DNA from: a bacterium
GTDB taxonomy: Bacteria > UBA8248
NCBI GenBank assembly: GCA_965200245.1
Contig: CBDATS010000015.1
Span: 224,001-288,000 of the forward strand
Length of the DNA: 64,000 nucleotides
Direction of reading: 5' to 3'
Part shown: piece by piece, positions 33,544 through 43,288 of the stretch
How the letters are laid out: each line of letters begins with the position of its first letter
Numbering within the stretch: position 1 is the first letter of the stretch
Position numbers and translations under genes: made by a program
The notes under the pieces: generated by a model
The model's input: only the letters and a program-made list of their open reading frames with translations
What the model was told of the DNA's origin: nothing
Database searches by the model: none

Positions 33544-34209
33544 GTGGCTAGGACTTTCAGAAAGGAAATACGGCAGCCTGATGCATTGCAAACCCACGGA
33601 AGAAAGGTGATTCTCTGGTTCGTCGAGAACCAGAAGGCTTTCTACATTGGGCTAGGCGCCGTTGTTCTGGTGGCGGGAATTTTTGTGGGTTACCTTATGT
33701 GGGATGAGCGGGCGAAACAAAAAGCATCTTTGGCCTATGGGATGGCCAAAATCGCCGCCCCAGGCGGCGAAGCGGCAGAAGCTGCATTTCAAAAGGTAGC
33801 CGATAATTATCCACGCTCGCGCCAGGGTCTTCTGGCGCGCCTGCAACTCGCTGCCTTGCTGCGCGAGAGAAAACAATACCAAGGCGCACGGGCGCAGTAT
33901 GAACTCGTGGCGAAGAGCAGTATTTCTTCTGAAACAGACAAGGAACTGTCCAAGCGAGGAATCGCTTCGATCCTGATGCTGGAAGGAGCCTGTGGGGAAG
34001 CTATCTCGACTTGGCAGTCGATCCTCGAGCAAGGGAGCCTTTTCACGTCTGAAGATCTGTACATATCCATCGCCGATTGCCAAGAGAAACTTGGCAGGGC
34101 GCTGGATGCAGAGAAAACCTATGAGGAACTAACCAAAAGACACCCTGAAAGCCCGTTTTTGACCCCTCAAATCCGTGCAAAATTAAGCAAAACAAAAGCC
34201 GCAAAATAG
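33544..34209 (+). CDS. YfgM-like membrane-anchored TPR protein
   Basis: RKEIRQPD N-terminus, one TM, helical TPR-like repeats (FQKVADNYP, YEELTKRHP). Confidence 0.7.
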   Translation: MARTFRKEIRQPDALQTHGRKVILWFVENQKAFYIGLGAVVLVAGIFVGYLMWDERAKQKASLAYGMAKIAAPGGEAAEAAFQKVADNYPRSRQGLLARLQLAALLRERKQYQGARAQYELVAKSSISSETDKELSKRGIASILMLEGACGEAISTWQSILEQGSLFTSEDLYISIADCQEKLGRALDAEKTYEELTKRHPESPFLTPQIRAKLSKTKAAK

Positions 34210-34324
34210 AAACAGCCTCGGAAATTTTTCCACACAAAAAAGATTGATAATATATGTTATGTAAAATAATATCCCTGAGGTTTTCTGTCCCAATCCGCGT
34301 GTTCTGCCCTGCGTTCGAGGTTCA

Positions 34325-35551
34325 GTGATCATGACTTCCCTCAAGCGAAAACCCCTCACCGTTCGTGGGCATCCAGTGGACGAAGGTGCTCTTCAACAGA
34401 TTGAGTGTTGCCTCGAAGATGAGGAAGCGAGTGCTGGCGCACTGTGCGCCGATCATCATTTAGGTTATTCCATGCCCATAGGCGGTATCATCGCCTACAG
34501 GAATGCCGTATCACCGAGTGGCGTAGGCTATGACATCGCTTGTGGAAACAAGGCCATCAGGACGAATCTGAAGGCCTCGGATGTCTGCCCCGAAATTACC
34601 GCCATCATGAACCAGATATTTCAAAGCCTAGAATTTGGCATGGGCCGGAAAAATCCCGAACCCATTGATGATGCGCTATTTGATGACCCGACTTGGAAGA
34701 TTCTCCCTGAACTCGAGGATTTGAAGTCGGTGGCGCGATCTCAATTGGGTACCATCGGCGCAGGCAATCACTATGTTGATTTATTCGCCGACGAGTCTGA
34801 CGATGCGCTGTGGATCGGAATTCATTTCGGCTCCAGGGGGTTTGGCCATAAAACGTGTACGGGGTTTTTGAATCTGGCGAAAAACCGGAAGTTTGACGGA
34901 TCTCCGGTCCGCGAGGATATGCACGCCCGGGCTACTGTTCTTTCACTCACCTCCTCCCTGGGAGGAGACTATTTCGCCGCAATGAAGCTAGCTGGACGTT
35001 ATGCCTACGCTGGAAGGGATTACGTGGGGGGCCGAGTGCTCGAAATCTTGGGGGCCACTTCTGAATGGGAGGTGCATAACCACCATAATTTCGCATGGGA
35101 AGAGGAGCACAACGGCGATCTTTATATCGTGGTACGCAAGGGCGCCACACCTGCCTGGCCGGGACAGAAATGCTTTATCGGCGGGAGTATGGGTGATATA
35201 TCCGTTATCGCCGAAGGTGTGGATACGCCGGGTTCGAAATCGCTTCTCTACTCCACTGTTCATGGAGCGGGCCGGGTGATGAGCAGAACCAAGGCTGCAG
35301 GTAAGAAAAGATGGCGCAAGGGCCGGATGATTCGCAAAGGCGGCGCGATTACGCGCAATCAAATGAATGAGTGGCTTTCGGACATGAACGTCGTACTTCG
35401 GGGGGGAGCTGTAGACGAGGCGCCGCAGGTCTATAAACGGCTTACAGACGTTCTGGGATTACACGAGGATGCGCTTCGCGTTTTGCATGTGCTCAAACCC
35501 ATCGGGGTTGCGATGGCGGGATCGAATGTACGGGATGATTTCAGGGATTAG
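34325..35551 (+). CDS. rtcB: RNA-splicing ligase RtcB
   Basis: DHHLGYSMPIGG, GVGYDIACG, QLGTIGAGNHY, HFGSRGFGH, HHN, RKGAT, HGAGRVMSR, DEAPQVYK. Confidence 0.93.
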   Translation: MIMTSLKRKPLTVRGHPVDEGALQQIECCLEDEEASAGALCADHHLGYSMPIGGIIAYRNAVSPSGVGYDIACGNKAIRTNLKASDVCPEITAIMNQIFQSLEFGMGRKNPEPIDDALFDDPTWKILPELEDLKSVARSQLGTIGAGNHYVDLFADESDDALWIGIHFGSRGFGHKTCTGFLNLAKNRKFDGSPVREDMHARATVLSLTSSLGGDYFAAMKLAGRYAYAGRDYVGGRVLEILGATSEWEVHNHHNFAWEEEHNGDLYIVVRKGATPAWPGQKCFIGGSMGDISVIAEGVDTPGSKSLLYSTVHGAGRVMSRTKAAGKKRWRKGRMIRKGGAITRNQMNEWLSDMNVVLRGGAVDEAPQVYKRLTDVLGLHEDALRVLHVLKPIGVAMAGSNVRDDFRD

Positions 35552-35659
35552 CGTGCGGCTTTCACGCCTATTCAATCAGTGATGTCGATTCAAGCGGCGA
35601 TCTGTTTACAGGTTCCCACAGATAATATCTATATATATGGTCAGTCTTAATTGCAAGGC

Positions 35660-35796
35660 ATCAATTCTCTGCGATCCGTCAATATCTGGGTAACAAGGTC
35701 CGCACCGTCATCCATCGTGATGTGAGGCTTGCTGTCCAAGACGGAAGCCATATGTCTATAGTAGGTGTCTCTGTCTTCTCCCTTGATGGCGTAGAC
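35660..35796 (-). repeat. Copy 2 of the 137-bp inverted repeat: intergenic copy of an ahcY internal fragment
   Basis: Reverse complement is identical to 25624-25760 (encodes [13 protein letters not shown]...LTDRREL). Confidence 0.95.
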
Positions 35797-35811
35797 TCGA
35801 TTCCGGCTTGA

Positions 35812-36837
35812 TTATCGCTCGAATAAAAGCGGGTCGGCATGACCTTCGATGTCGAGTTCGAATCCTGCATCTCGAATCATTCGGTGCGCAGCTGTCGACT
35901 CCTGGCCGGGTGTTGTAAGGTAGCCATCCACAAACATCGAATTGGCCGGGTAGAGAGCCAAGGGCTGAAGTTCTCTCAACTGGACTTCCCTTCCCCCGGC
36001 GACACGAATTTCAGAGCGGGGATTGTAGAAACGCATCAGGCAGAGCAGCTTGAGGCAGGAAAGCGGTCCGAGGAGTGGCCTTCCTTCTAGCGGAGTGCCG
36101 CCAATTGGATTCAAAAAATTTACCGGTATGGATTCGGGAGCAAGTGCGCTCAGCGCCTCACAAACAGAGACGATGTCCTCTGCATTCTCTCCTTGCCCGA
36201 AAATAACGCCAGAGCACAACTCGAGACCGACTCCGCGTGCAGCATTCAGGGTGTCCACGCGGTCGTCATAGGTGTGTGTGGAACAAATTTGTGGGTAGTA
36301 TCGCTCGCTCGTGTTCAGATTGTGATTGAAGCGGTCCACTCCGGCTTCATTAAGCCTGGCGGCTTGGGAAGTTTCCAGCAAACCTAGAGAGCAGCAAACG
36401 GAGATCCTGTAGCGTGACTTGATAGTAGAGACGGCCCGGCAGAGTCTATCGATTTCTGTGTCTGACGGCCCCCGAGCGCTGATGACGATGCAGTAGCGCC
36501 TCGCACCGGCTTCTTTGGCTCTCAAGGCTCCTTCTAACAGTTGTTCTTCATCCACTAGTTCGTATCTATCGATTTGGGTGCTTGAGACGGCAGATTGCGA
36601 GCAATATCCACAATCTTCCGGGCAGATGCCACTTTTGGCGTTGATGAGGTAATGGATCTGTACCTTTTTGCCGAAATAGACGCGCCGCACGGAGAAGGCA
36701 GCATCCAGAAGCTTGAGAATCTCGTCGGCGGGCGCACTGATAATGGCCAGAGCCTCGTCTGGCCTAGGTCTTTCATCTTCGAGGGCGCGACGTGCCAGTT
36801 CATAGTAGTTCAAGTTAACTATCCTTCTAACGGGCAT
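35812..36837 (-). CDS. bioB: Biotin synthase
   Basis: CPEDCGYCSQS radical-SAM motif, NHNLNTS, THTYDDR, PESIPVNFL, IRVAGGRE, YLTTPG. Confidence 0.96.
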   Translation of the reverse strand: MPVRRIVNLNYYELARRALEDERPRPDEALAIISAPADEILKLLDAAFSVRRVYFGKKVQIHYLINAKSGICPEDCGYCSQSAVSSTQIDRYELVDEEQLLEGALRAKEAGARRYCIVISARGPSDTEIDRLCRAVSTIKSRYRISVCCSLGLLETSQAARLNEAGVDRFNHNLNTSERYYPQICSTHTYDDRVDTLNAARGVGLELCSGVIFGQGENAEDIVSVCEALSALAPESIPVNFLNPIGGTPLEGRPLLGPLSCLKLLCLMRFYNPRSEIRVAGGREVQLRELQPLALYPANSMFVDGYLTTPGQESTAAHRMIRDAGFELDIEGHADPLLFER

Positions 36838-37014
36838 CCAGCCAAAACTTTACGCGCCGCCCTGCACTTTGGCAAATGCGTGGAGAAAAGACGCTGGAAA
36901 GGAACCAGTTTCTCTTGTCTCCCTTGCAGGTCTGGCCTATGATGAATTCAGGTTTTCAACATAAATTGATATTAAATAATTCGAATTAATATATTAAAAT
37001 CAATGGAGTAACTA

Positions 37015-39903
37015 ATGGAAGTTACTGTAACGCTTCAAGAGGAATTGTGTTCCGCCATAGAGGGCGAAGTGCGCTTCGATGTTTTTACGCGAAAAATATA
37101 CAGCACCGATGCGAGCATGTATGAGATAGAACCCGTGGGCGTCGTATTGCCGAAAACGAACGAAGACGTGCGAAAAACGCTTCAGATCGCCAAACGATAC
37201 AAGCTTGCCATTCTGCCCCGGGGTGGTGGTACAAGTCTCGCCGGCCAGACCGTAGGCGATGCCTTGGTACTCGATTTTTCGAAATACATGAACCATTTTC
37301 TCGAATTGAACGAAGATGAGGAATGGGCGCGAGTCCAGCCGGGGTTGGTGCAGGATCACTTCAACGATTTCCTGAGCCCCCACGGCTTCGTCTTCGGCCC
37401 CAACACCTCTACAAGCAGTCGTGCCACTATCGGCGGCATGCTGGGTAATAACTCTTCGGGATCGCGCTCCATTGTCTACGGGAAGACGGTGGATCACGTC
37501 ATCGAAGTTTCCGGCTATTTCGCAGATGGAGAACCTTTCTCCTTCGGGCCTCAAGATACAGTGCCCCTGCAAAACCTCATGCGAGAGAATTCCCGAACAG
37601 GCAGGCTTCACAAGGCGATCAAGGATATCGTGGACGATCAGCGTGTGGAGATCGAGGACCGCTATCCCAAGATCATGCGCCGTGTGAGCGGGTATAACCT
37701 CGATGAACTTGCCCGTGAGACGGAGCCCTTCAACCTCGCTAAACTTATTGTGGGTGCTGAGGGTACGCTGGCAGTGATCACCGAAGCAAAGGTGCGCGTG
37801 TGTCCCAAGCCAAAAGCACTCGGCGTCCTGGTGGTGCATTTCCATAGCATTGAGGAGGCCCTCGCGGCGAGCACGACGATTCTAGCACACGACGTGGCGG
37901 CGATAGAGATTATCGATAGGGTGATTATCGAACTCGCGAAGCAAAACCTCGAAGCCCAGCGCCTGATGGACAGCTTTGTGGTAGGCGAGCCGGATTCGTT
38001 TCTTACGATTGAATTTTTTGCCGAAAACGACGATGAGGCCAAGGAGAAAGTTCTTCGCCTGCAGGATGAACTCGAATCGAAGAACATCGGCTACGCACGT
38101 GTTCCACTGGATGCTCCGGCTCACAAACAGGATTGCCTGAACATGCGCAAGGCGGGCCTGGGCTTTCTGCTCGGACGACGGGGCGACTGGAAGCCCTGTG
38201 CATTCGTAGAGGACTGTGCAGTGCCCCCCGAGCACCTCCTCGATTACTACAGGCATTTCGAAGCCATCATGAAGAAATACGGCACTTCCACTTCCTACTA
38301 CGGCCACACGAGTGTGGGTTTGTTGCATCTACGCCCGCTCATCAACCTCAAGGATAATGAGGAAATCGAAAAAATGGCCGCTATCGCCGAAGAGGTCTCA
38401 GACCTCGTTATCGAGTACGGCGGAGCGATGAGTGGAGAGCACGGCGATGGCTTGGCGAGAAGCCAGTGGGTACCGAAGTTCTTCGGAGAGAAACTTCACA
38501 GGGCGTTCGTGGAAGTCAAGTGCCTCTTCGACCCGGAGAACCGAATGAACCCGGGAAAAATCGTGAACGCCCTCCCCTTCACCCAAAACCTGCGTTTTGA
38601 CGGCGCCTATAAGACTCCCGAGATACCGACTGTCATGAATTTCTCAAGTGATGGTGGCTTCGCGCGCGCGATCGAGCTTTGCAACGGTGTAGGCGCATGC
38701 CGCAAGCGGGATGGCACAATGTGCCCTTCCTACCAGGCAACGATGGAAGAAGAGCATTCCACGCGCGGACGAGCGAACGCGCTGAGAGAGGTCATCACGA
38801 ACGGAATCCCCGGAGAAGACCTGGGCAGCAAGCGTCTCTATGAAGTATTGGACCTTTGCATTTCTTGCAAGGGCTGCAAGGCGGAGTGTCCATCAAGTGT
38901 GGACATGGCAAAGATAAAAGCCGAAGTGCTGCAGGCCTACTACGACAAGAATAGTGTTCCGTTTCGTGTGAAGATGATGGGCCGCATTGCGCAGATCAAC
39001 CGTCTGAGCATGCCGTTTGCGCCCATCGTGAACTGGACGCTCGGGAACAGCCTCGTACGATCGCTTCTGGACAGATTATTGGGTATTGACAAGCGAAGAA
39101 GGCTTCCCTCCCTCGTGACACCCACCTTCGAGGAATGGTTCAAGGGCCGCCCGGTATCGCGAAATGACTCTCCTGTGCGAGGAAAGGTCCTGTTCCTGAA
39201 CGATACGTTCACGAACTTCCACTACCCGGAAATCGGCAAGGCCGCTGTCAAGGTGCTGGAAGCGGCAGGCTTCGAGGTCGAGTTGGCAGGGACCGGTTGC
39301 TGCGGACGACCCATGATTTCACACGGCCTTTTGCGAGAGGGTCAGAAACTGGCGGAGGAGAATATAGCGCGTCTGGCCCCCGCTATCACGGCCGGTTTGC
39401 CGATCATCGGTGTAGAGCCGAGTTGTCTTCTCACGTTTCGAGATGAATATCCGGACCTCGTGGCGGGTGATGCACCCAAGCGTCTGGCCGAGAATTCCTA
39501 CATGTTGGAAGAATTTCTTCAGAGTTTGCGTGACAGGGCCGAACTGGAACTCAATTTCAAATCCTTGAAACCGAGAAAAGCCCTGTTCCACGGACATTGC
39601 CACCAGAAGGCGCTGGTTGGCACGGGCCCTTCACTGAATAGCCTAGACATGATTCCCGGCCTGGAGGTGGCCCAGATTCCTTCGGGTTGCTGCGGAATGG
39701 CCGGTTCGTTCGGCTACGAGAAAGAACACTTTGACATCTCGCTTGCCATCGGCGAGACGAAACTCTTCCCTGCAATTCGAGCCAGTGATGAAGATGCGAC
39801 TATCATAGCCAACGGCGTCTCCTGCCGGCAGCAAATCTCATCCGGCGTCGGCAAGAAGGCACTCCACATTGCCGAGGTACTCGCCGACGCGTTAGACGTA
39901 TAG
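37015..39903 (+). CDS. FAD-linked/Fe-S oxidoreductase (YdiJ-like GlcD+GlcF fusion, 2-hydroxyacid dehydrogenase family)
   Basis: PRGGGTSLAGQ, TIGGMLGNNSSG, SGEHGDG, CNGVGAC..CPSY, CISCKGCKAECP, CCGRP, HGHCHQ, CCGMAGSFG. Confidence 0.9.
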   Translation: MEVTVTLQEELCSAIEGEVRFDVFTRKIYSTDASMYEIEPVGVVLPKTNEDVRKTLQIAKRYKLAILPRGGGTSLAGQTVGDALVLDFSKYMNHFLELNEDEEWARVQPGLVQDHFNDFLSPHGFVFGPNTSTSSRATIGGMLGNNSSGSRSIVYGKTVDHVIEVSGYFADGEPFSFGPQDTVPLQNLMRENSRTGRLHKAIKDIVDDQRVEIEDRYPKIMRRVSGYNLDELARETEPFNLAKLIVGAEGTLAVITEAKVRVCPKPKALGVLVVHFHSIEEALAASTTILAHDVAAIEIIDRVIIELAKQNLEAQRLMDSFVVGEPDSFLTIEFFAENDDEAKEKVLRLQDELESKNIGYARVPLDAPAHKQDCLNMRKAGLGFLLGRRGDWKPCAFVEDCAVPPEHLLDYYRHFEAIMKKYGTSTSYYGHTSVGLLHLRPLINLKDNEEIEKMAAIAEEVSDLVIEYGGAMSGEHGDGLARSQWVPKFFGEKLHRAFVEVKCLFDPENRMNPGKIVNALPFTQNLRFDGAYKTPEIPTVMNFSSDGGFARAIELCNGVGACRKRDGTMCPSYQATMEEEHSTRGRANALREVITNGIPGEDLGSKRLYEVLDLCISCKGCKAECPSSVDMAKIKAEVLQAYYDKNSVPFRVKMMGRIAQINRLSMPFAPIVNWTLGNSLVRSLLDRLLGIDKRRRLPSLVTPTFEEWFKGRPVSRNDSPVRGKVLFLNDTFTNFHYPEIGKAAVKVLEAAGFEVELAGTGCCGRPMISHGLLREGQKLAEENIARLAPAITAGLPIIGVEPSCLLTFRDEYPDLVAGDAPKRLAENSYMLEEFLQSLRDRAELELNFKSLKPRKALFHGHCHQKALVGTGPSLNSLDMIPGLEVAQIPSGCCGMAGSFGYEKEHFDISLAIGETKLFPAIRASDEDATIIANGVSCRQQISSGVGKKALHIAEVLADALDV

Positions 39904-39970
39904 ATACTGATTTTTAAATTGTTAATAAACAATAACATGTGTATATTTTTACGTTATTTGTTTAAGTTTC

Positions 39971-41065
39971 TCAATCTGGATTTCGGATGACGGAACGTAG
40001 TGTTTCGCCACGTTCCATGGCCTCGAATGCGGGTTCCACATCTTCCAAACCGATGACTTTCGTGACCATGCGGTCGAGGTCAAGTTCTCCCTGTTCATAC
40101 CAGTCAGCGAGCAGCGGAAAATCCCTCGAAGGCAGACAGTCTCCGTACCAGGACACACGCAGCGCGCCACCGAGGCCGAAAAATTGAAGCATGGGTAATT
40201 CCATCATCATGTCGGGCGCTGGCACGCCGATGAGCGTGCAGGTTCCTGCCAGATCACGCGACCACATCGCTTGCAGGAGCGTCGACGGCGTTCCCACGGC
40301 TTCAAAGGAATAGTTGACGCCGTTCCCTCCGGTCAGGTCCTTGATGGCCTCCACCGGGTCTGTCTCCGAGGCGTTGACGACGTCGGTAGCGCCGAACTCC
40401 TTGGCCCAAGCGAGTTTGTTATCGGCTATGTCGACTCCGATGATCTTCGATGCGCGCGACATTTTCGCGCCCATTATGACGCTGCAGCCCACACCGCCGC
40501 ATCCATATACCGCCACGCTACTTCCGCGACGAACCTGCGCCGTATAGAGCGAAGCGCCTACACCCGTCATGACGCCACAGCCGATGAGGCAGGCCTGCTC
40601 CGGCGTGCAGGCGGTGGGTACTTTCACCGCCTGTTTCGCGGCGACGACGGTATGCGTACAGAACGTGCCGATACCGATGGAGGGACTTAAAATTTGACCA
40701 TCACTTTTTGCCCGTATCCTGGAGGCCGCGTTCAGGCTGGCGGCGCAAAGATTCGGCTGGCCGATCGCGCAGAATCGGCAAAGGCCGCAGGGGGCGCGCC
40801 AGGCAAGAACGACGTAGTCGCCGACAGCGAGATCGGACACTCCCTCCCCCACTTCCTGAACGATACCGGAACCTTCATGACCGAGGAGGTAGGGAAATTC
40901 ATCTCCTATTTTTCCGAGTTTGTAATGCAAATCCGTGTGGCAGACACCGCTGGCCAGAATTTTCACCAGAACTTCACCCGGGCCCGGGGAGTCGAGTTCG
41001 ATTTCCTCCACTTCCGTTCGTTCATTCGCTTTTCTTGATATCACGCCATGGCCGATGATGCTCAT
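39971..41065 (-). CDS. Zn-dependent alcohol dehydrogenase, S-(hydroxymethyl)mycothiol dehydrogenase-like
   Basis: GVCHTDL, LGHEG, structural Zn CGLCRFC..C, GCGVMTG, GCGGVG, RDLAG, SWYGDCLP. Confidence 0.85.
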   Translation of the reverse strand: MSIIGHGVISRKANERTEVEEIELDSPGPGEVLVKILASGVCHTDLHYKLGKIGDEFPYLLGHEGSGIVQEVGEGVSDLAVGDYVVLAWRAPCGLCRFCAIGQPNLCAASLNAASRIRAKSDGQILSPSIGIGTFCTHTVVAAKQAVKVPTACTPEQACLIGCGVMTGVGASLYTAQVRRGSSVAVYGCGGVGCSVIMGAKMSRASKIIGVDIADNKLAWAKEFGATDVVNASETDPVEAIKDLTGGNGVNYSFEAVGTPSTLLQAMWSRDLAGTCTLIGVPAPDMMMELPMLQFFGLGGALRVSWYGDCLPSRDFPLLADWYEQGELDLDRMVTKVIGLEDVEPAFEAMERGETLRSVIRNPD

Positions 41066-41183
41066 ACACTTCCTCCCCGGTCGTATATTGTGGGTACGTC
41101 CGCTATAATATGCCGCACAAACTGAAAATATTCATTGACGATTTTATTCTCTACCACGAAGAGTCATCGTGCAAGGAGGCGAT

Positions 41184-42374
41184 ATGTCGGAAGAATGGTA
41201 TCCACATTTCTCGGAAGCGGAAATGAACAGGCGCCATGCGGCAGCAAAAAGCCTGATGCAAGAAGTGGGGATCGATACTCTTTTGTTCTTTGGCATGGGC
41301 GGCACGAACCGCAACGCCCAGGCAAACATCTACTGGCTTTCATGCTATAGGGATTTCAACCACTGTTATCTGATTTTTCCCAAAGATGGCCCCCCTTCCC
41401 TGTTCACGGGTCTGTATAACCATCTGCACAATGCGCAGATGCAGTGCATCTTCGAGGACGTGCGCCACGGAGCATATGGGAACCCCGAACGGATGGCGGA
41501 CCAACTCGACGCCCTTGGACTAGGCAATGCACGAATCGGTCTGGTAGGTGTCAACCCCCGTTTCAAGATTCTGCTGCCCTTCGAGCACATGGACTATCTG
41601 ACGGAGCGCTTTCCCGAAGCGCAATGGGTAGACGTGAGTGCTAGATTCAGGGATTTGAGGTTGGTCAAGAGCGAAGAGGAAATCGAATGGCTGATCGAGG
41701 CGGCGCGTCTCACGGACCTCGCCATGGAAGCGGCCATCATCCACGCAAAACCGGGTATCCCCGAGATCGAGCTATCGGGCCGGATGGCCGCCGCTTTCAG
41801 AGAGCAAGGCGGTGAGCAGATGGTACAGTTCGTGACAGCCACGCCGATGGCGAATCCCCGCACGCCCGTCCCCTGGCAGAACCCGACGAGGAGAAAACTT
41901 GAAGCGGGCGACGTACTTATCATAGAGATCAGTGCTGCGTATTATGGATATGCGGGCCAAAGCCTTCGCACCTTCACTATCGGAGCAGACCCCACGCCAC
42001 CGTACCAAGGGTTGCTCGACGCCGCCATCGAAGTGTATGAGGGTGTCGGCAAAACGATGAAGGCGGGCAACTCCGCCCAAGCCGTCTTCGCTGCCACGGA
42101 CCCTTTGCCAGAGAAAGGCTTTCAAATATACGATTCGCTCGCACACGGCTTCGGCACAGACTTGCTACAGCCTTCAATCGGAATCAGGGGTTCGAACTAT
42201 CTCGCTCCTCCTGCCGAGTTCAAATACCGCGAGAACATGGTGATGGTGATTCAGCCAAACCCGATGGACTCAGAAGGGCGCGGTGTGCAGATGGGCGATA
42301 TGGGGGTGGTCACTAAAGACGGGTTCCGATCTCTTCACACTTTCCCGATGAAAACTTTTCGCTGTGATGGGTAA
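41184..42374 (+). CDS. M24 family (creatinase/Xaa-Pro peptidase fold) hydrolase
   Basis: RLVKSEEEIEWL, KPGIPEIEL, GDVLIIEISAAYYGY, HGFG; AAGGAGG RBS before ATG 41184. Confidence 0.85.
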   Translation: MSEEWYPHFSEAEMNRRHAAAKSLMQEVGIDTLLFFGMGGTNRNAQANIYWLSCYRDFNHCYLIFPKDGPPSLFTGLYNHLHNAQMQCIFEDVRHGAYGNPERMADQLDALGLGNARIGLVGVNPRFKILLPFEHMDYLTERFPEAQWVDVSARFRDLRLVKSEEEIEWLIEAARLTDLAMEAAIIHAKPGIPEIELSGRMAAAFREQGGEQMVQFVTATPMANPRTPVPWQNPTRRKLEAGDVLIIEISAAYYGYAGQSLRTFTIGADPTPPYQGLLDAAIEVYEGVGKTMKAGNSAQAVFAATDPLPEKGFQIYDSLAHGFGTDLLQPSIGIRGSNYLAPPAEFKYRENMVMVIQPNPMDSEGRGVQMGDMGVVTKDGFRSLHTFPMKTFRCDG

Positions 42375-42531
42375 AGACGATACACCAGTCTGGGTGAGCG
42401 GGTTTTCCTTGCGATGCGTCCAGCTGATTCCATTGTGCCCCTGCGCATTCGTGCATAGAATTCGTGTATCTGAACCGCTGACAGATAGCTGACCAGAGAA
42501 TCATCTTATTTCTCACAAAAAGGAAATTACC

Positions 42532-43146
42532 GTGGAATTTGTCATCAAGACTTACGACAGGCCGGAAGCGGCCGCCTTGAGAGATGTCCACCGAAAGGCG
42601 TATCTTGATTATCTCAAGAGCTTCGATGACACCACCCGCTTTGCGGGTCGGTTCCTGCCCGACGAAGGGAAGCTCGAATCGGGCAGTTTCCGCATTCTTG
42701 ACCTGCCTGACCGAGCAGCAGCAGAGGCTCACTTGGCGAACGATCCGTTCATCATCAAGGGGGTCCAGGAACGGCCCTCTATTAGGCGTTGGCGTGCTAC
42801 CGTGCCCTACTCCTGGCGCGATTGCCCGAGAAAAAAAGAGAATCTCCAGTTCTACGTCCATGCATTGGATAAAGCGGATGGGGGCGCGGTCCGCAAAAGT
42901 CTGCACCAGAAGCACGTAGACTACCTGACCGAACACGGCGATTCGGTGATGGGGCGTGGGCCCCTGCTCACCGATGACGGCGAGAGCAGAAACAGAAGCG
43001 TACTGCTACTCGATTTTCCCCATATCGATGAGGCACGGGCGTTCTGGGCGGAGGAGCCGTATAACAGGGCTGGCCTATATGAGATCGTGGAATTCTATGC
43101 TTGTCGTTTTGGGCGGATGTTCGATCGATTCAAGACGCACGCATAG
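42532..43146 (+). CDS. Tandem YciI-domain protein
   Basis: Two repeats of the YciI pattern (D+..R..[H/Y]..YL..G.[F/L]L.D.G...S..ILD....A......[D/E]P[F/Y]...G). Confidence 0.8.
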   Translation: MEFVIKTYDRPEAAALRDVHRKAYLDYLKSFDDTTRFAGRFLPDEGKLESGSFRILDLPDRAAAEAHLANDPFIIKGVQERPSIRRWRATVPYSWRDCPRKKENLQFYVHALDKADGGAVRKSLHQKHVDYLTEHGDSVMGRGPLLTDDGESRNRSVLLLDFPHIDEARAFWAEEPYNRAGLYEIVEFYACRFGRMFDRFKTHA

Positions 43147-43288
43147 CAATTTCCCAAAAAGGGTTTCTCGAGAAATCTCTTTAGTGAACTCCGTTCGTAC
43201 CCGTTCCTTGAGCAAGCTAATCGCCTGAATAGACATCCGGGACAAGAACTACTTGTCCACTTACCTGTTTCAAGGAAGGAACGATGCC

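Noticed and set aside
35660-35796. ahcY repeat pair as a diversity-generating retroelement TR/VR
   Set aside because: Length fits, but there are no adenine-specific mismatches, no reverse transcriptase in the window, and the target is the middle of a housekeeping enzyme
35647-35814. BioB-AhcY fragment fusion by stop-codon read-through
   Set aside because: The copy is in frame with bioB, but the stop is TAA with no recoding signal and the frame match has a 1-in-3 chance
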